DNA from: a virus
Direction: 5' to 3' (one strand)
DNA: 35,961 bases
Virus record (IMG/VR): IMGVR_UViG_3300005825_000044
Span: 1-35,961 of that record
Positions 35,272 to 35,961 of the stretch are shown piece after piece (the stretch's first letter is position 1; each line of letters starts with the position of its first letter). The notes beneath the pieces are model-generated. The model saw only the letters and a list, made by a program, of their open reading frames with translations, had not been told where the DNA came from and made no database searches. The translations under genes and the position numbers were made by a program.

Positions 35272-35777
35272 AGCCCGCTCCCGAGCCTGCCGCCGTAGTC
35301 AGCGGTGACCTCGGACTCCGTGAGACCGATGTCAAAGACCTCCTCGAACTGGCACGTCGCGGAGAACCGTCGCGACTTCCCGTTGGGCGCGAAGTGCACG
35401 TGCGAGAGCCGCGCGGAGATCAGGTTCACCGTGATCACGAGCATCCCCGGCCAGACCAGCAGGAGGTCGGGAGGGCCGCCGCCGGCAGAGTTGCGCGTCG
35501 CGCGCCGCGGGTAGGTCCAGGCGTGCAGGAGCTGCCGCGCCTCGAGGAGCCGCGCCTGCTCGTCGTCACCCATCGCCCGCCACCACAGCGTGAGGTCGAG
35601 CGTGAGGTTCGTGGTGTGGGAGAAGTGCCGCCGCACGCCGCCGGCGCCCCGCGGAGTGAGCCGGTTCCACTCCGTGCTCAGGACCTCGTCGAGCTGCTCC
35701 GGGTTGAACTGGCACTCCAGGTCCCTGCCGGTGCGGAGGTTCGTCAAGACGAGCCGCTGCGGAGCTTCGTGAGCCAC
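35268..35777 (-). CDS. CIS-tube-like tail tube initiator
   Basis: QFNPE.L......W and PP.LLL.W motifs typical of eCIS/phage tube-initiator proteins that precede LysM. Confidence 0.8.
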   Translation of the reverse strand: MAHEAPQRLVLTNLRTGRDLECQFNPEQLDEVLSTEWNRLTPRGAGGVRRHFSHTTNLTLDLTLWWRAMGDDEQARLLEARQLLHAWTYPRRATRNSAGGGPPDLLLVWPGMLVITVNLISARLSHVHFAPNGKSRRFSATCQFEEVFDIGLTESEVTADYGGRLGSGL

Positions 35778-35789
35778 CCCGTCAGCATA

Positions 35790-35961
35790 CTAGTCCTCGT
35801 CGCCCTCGTCGCCCTCGTCCTCGCCGGCGCGTGCCCGTGCCCGCCTCGCCGCCCTTTCGATGCCCCGGGCCATCACCTCGCCGTCCATCTTGAAGGTCGC
35901 GTTCACGGGGCGCCTCGACACAGCGTCGGCGAGCTTCTCGTAGTCGATCGGGAAGCTCGCG
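35790..35961 (-). CDS. C-terminus of probable tape measure protein (5' end outside the window)
   Basis: Manual translation ...PIDYEKLADAVSRRPVNATFKMDGEVMA...DEGDED*; position just before the tube initiator. Confidence 0.5.
   Translation of the reverse strand, partial: ASFPIDYEKLADAVSRRPVNATFKMDGEVMARGIERAARRARARAGEDEGDEGDED

Noticed and set aside
93-35772. Many long plus-strand ORFs (e.g. 7771-10221, 19706-22153, 16665-18776)
   Set aside because: They are antisense shadows of GC3-biased minus-strand genes, with R/A/P-rich translations and no motifs.
1-35961. tRNA, rRNA, integrase, transposase, reverse transcriptase/DGR
   Set aside because: No supporting motifs or structures seen by eye; not checked computationally.

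Overview
This very GC-rich window looks like part of a tailed dsDNA phage (or prophage) with a contractile tail. All credible genes are on the minus strand, tightly packed with ATGA/GTGA/TGATG overlaps; the long plus-strand ORFs are antisense shadows. The right half (24.2-36 kb) is a baseplate/tail module resembling those of extracellular contractile injection systems (eCIS): tape-measure C-terminus, tube initiator, LysM, gpD/gp27 hub, short gp5/gpV, gp25, baseplate J, wedge/gpI and fibre. The left half (1-23.9 kb) is a near-complete replication/recombination module: SF2 helicase, DnaB, primase, intein-containing UvrD, sigma-like factor, family B polymerase, UvsY-like, SSB-like, RecA, split SbcD plus SbcC, Hjc-like nuclease, DNA methyltransferase and SNF2 helicase. 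The most striking unexplained signals are non-coding: (1) an 18-bp palindrome TGTCYCCTCGAGGRGACA in five copies at gene or operon junctions; (2) a ~370-bp palindrome- and GATC-dense control/origin-like region bracketed by two of those copies; (3) twin sigma70-type promoters; (4) a 33-bp repeat separating small early-type genes; (5) a shared GGCGAUG(C/A)GCC leader motif next to three ribosome-binding sites; (6) six TANNNT boxes 6-7 nt before structural-gene starts (leaderless-type). Functional calls come from motif recognition by eye; no database search was run.
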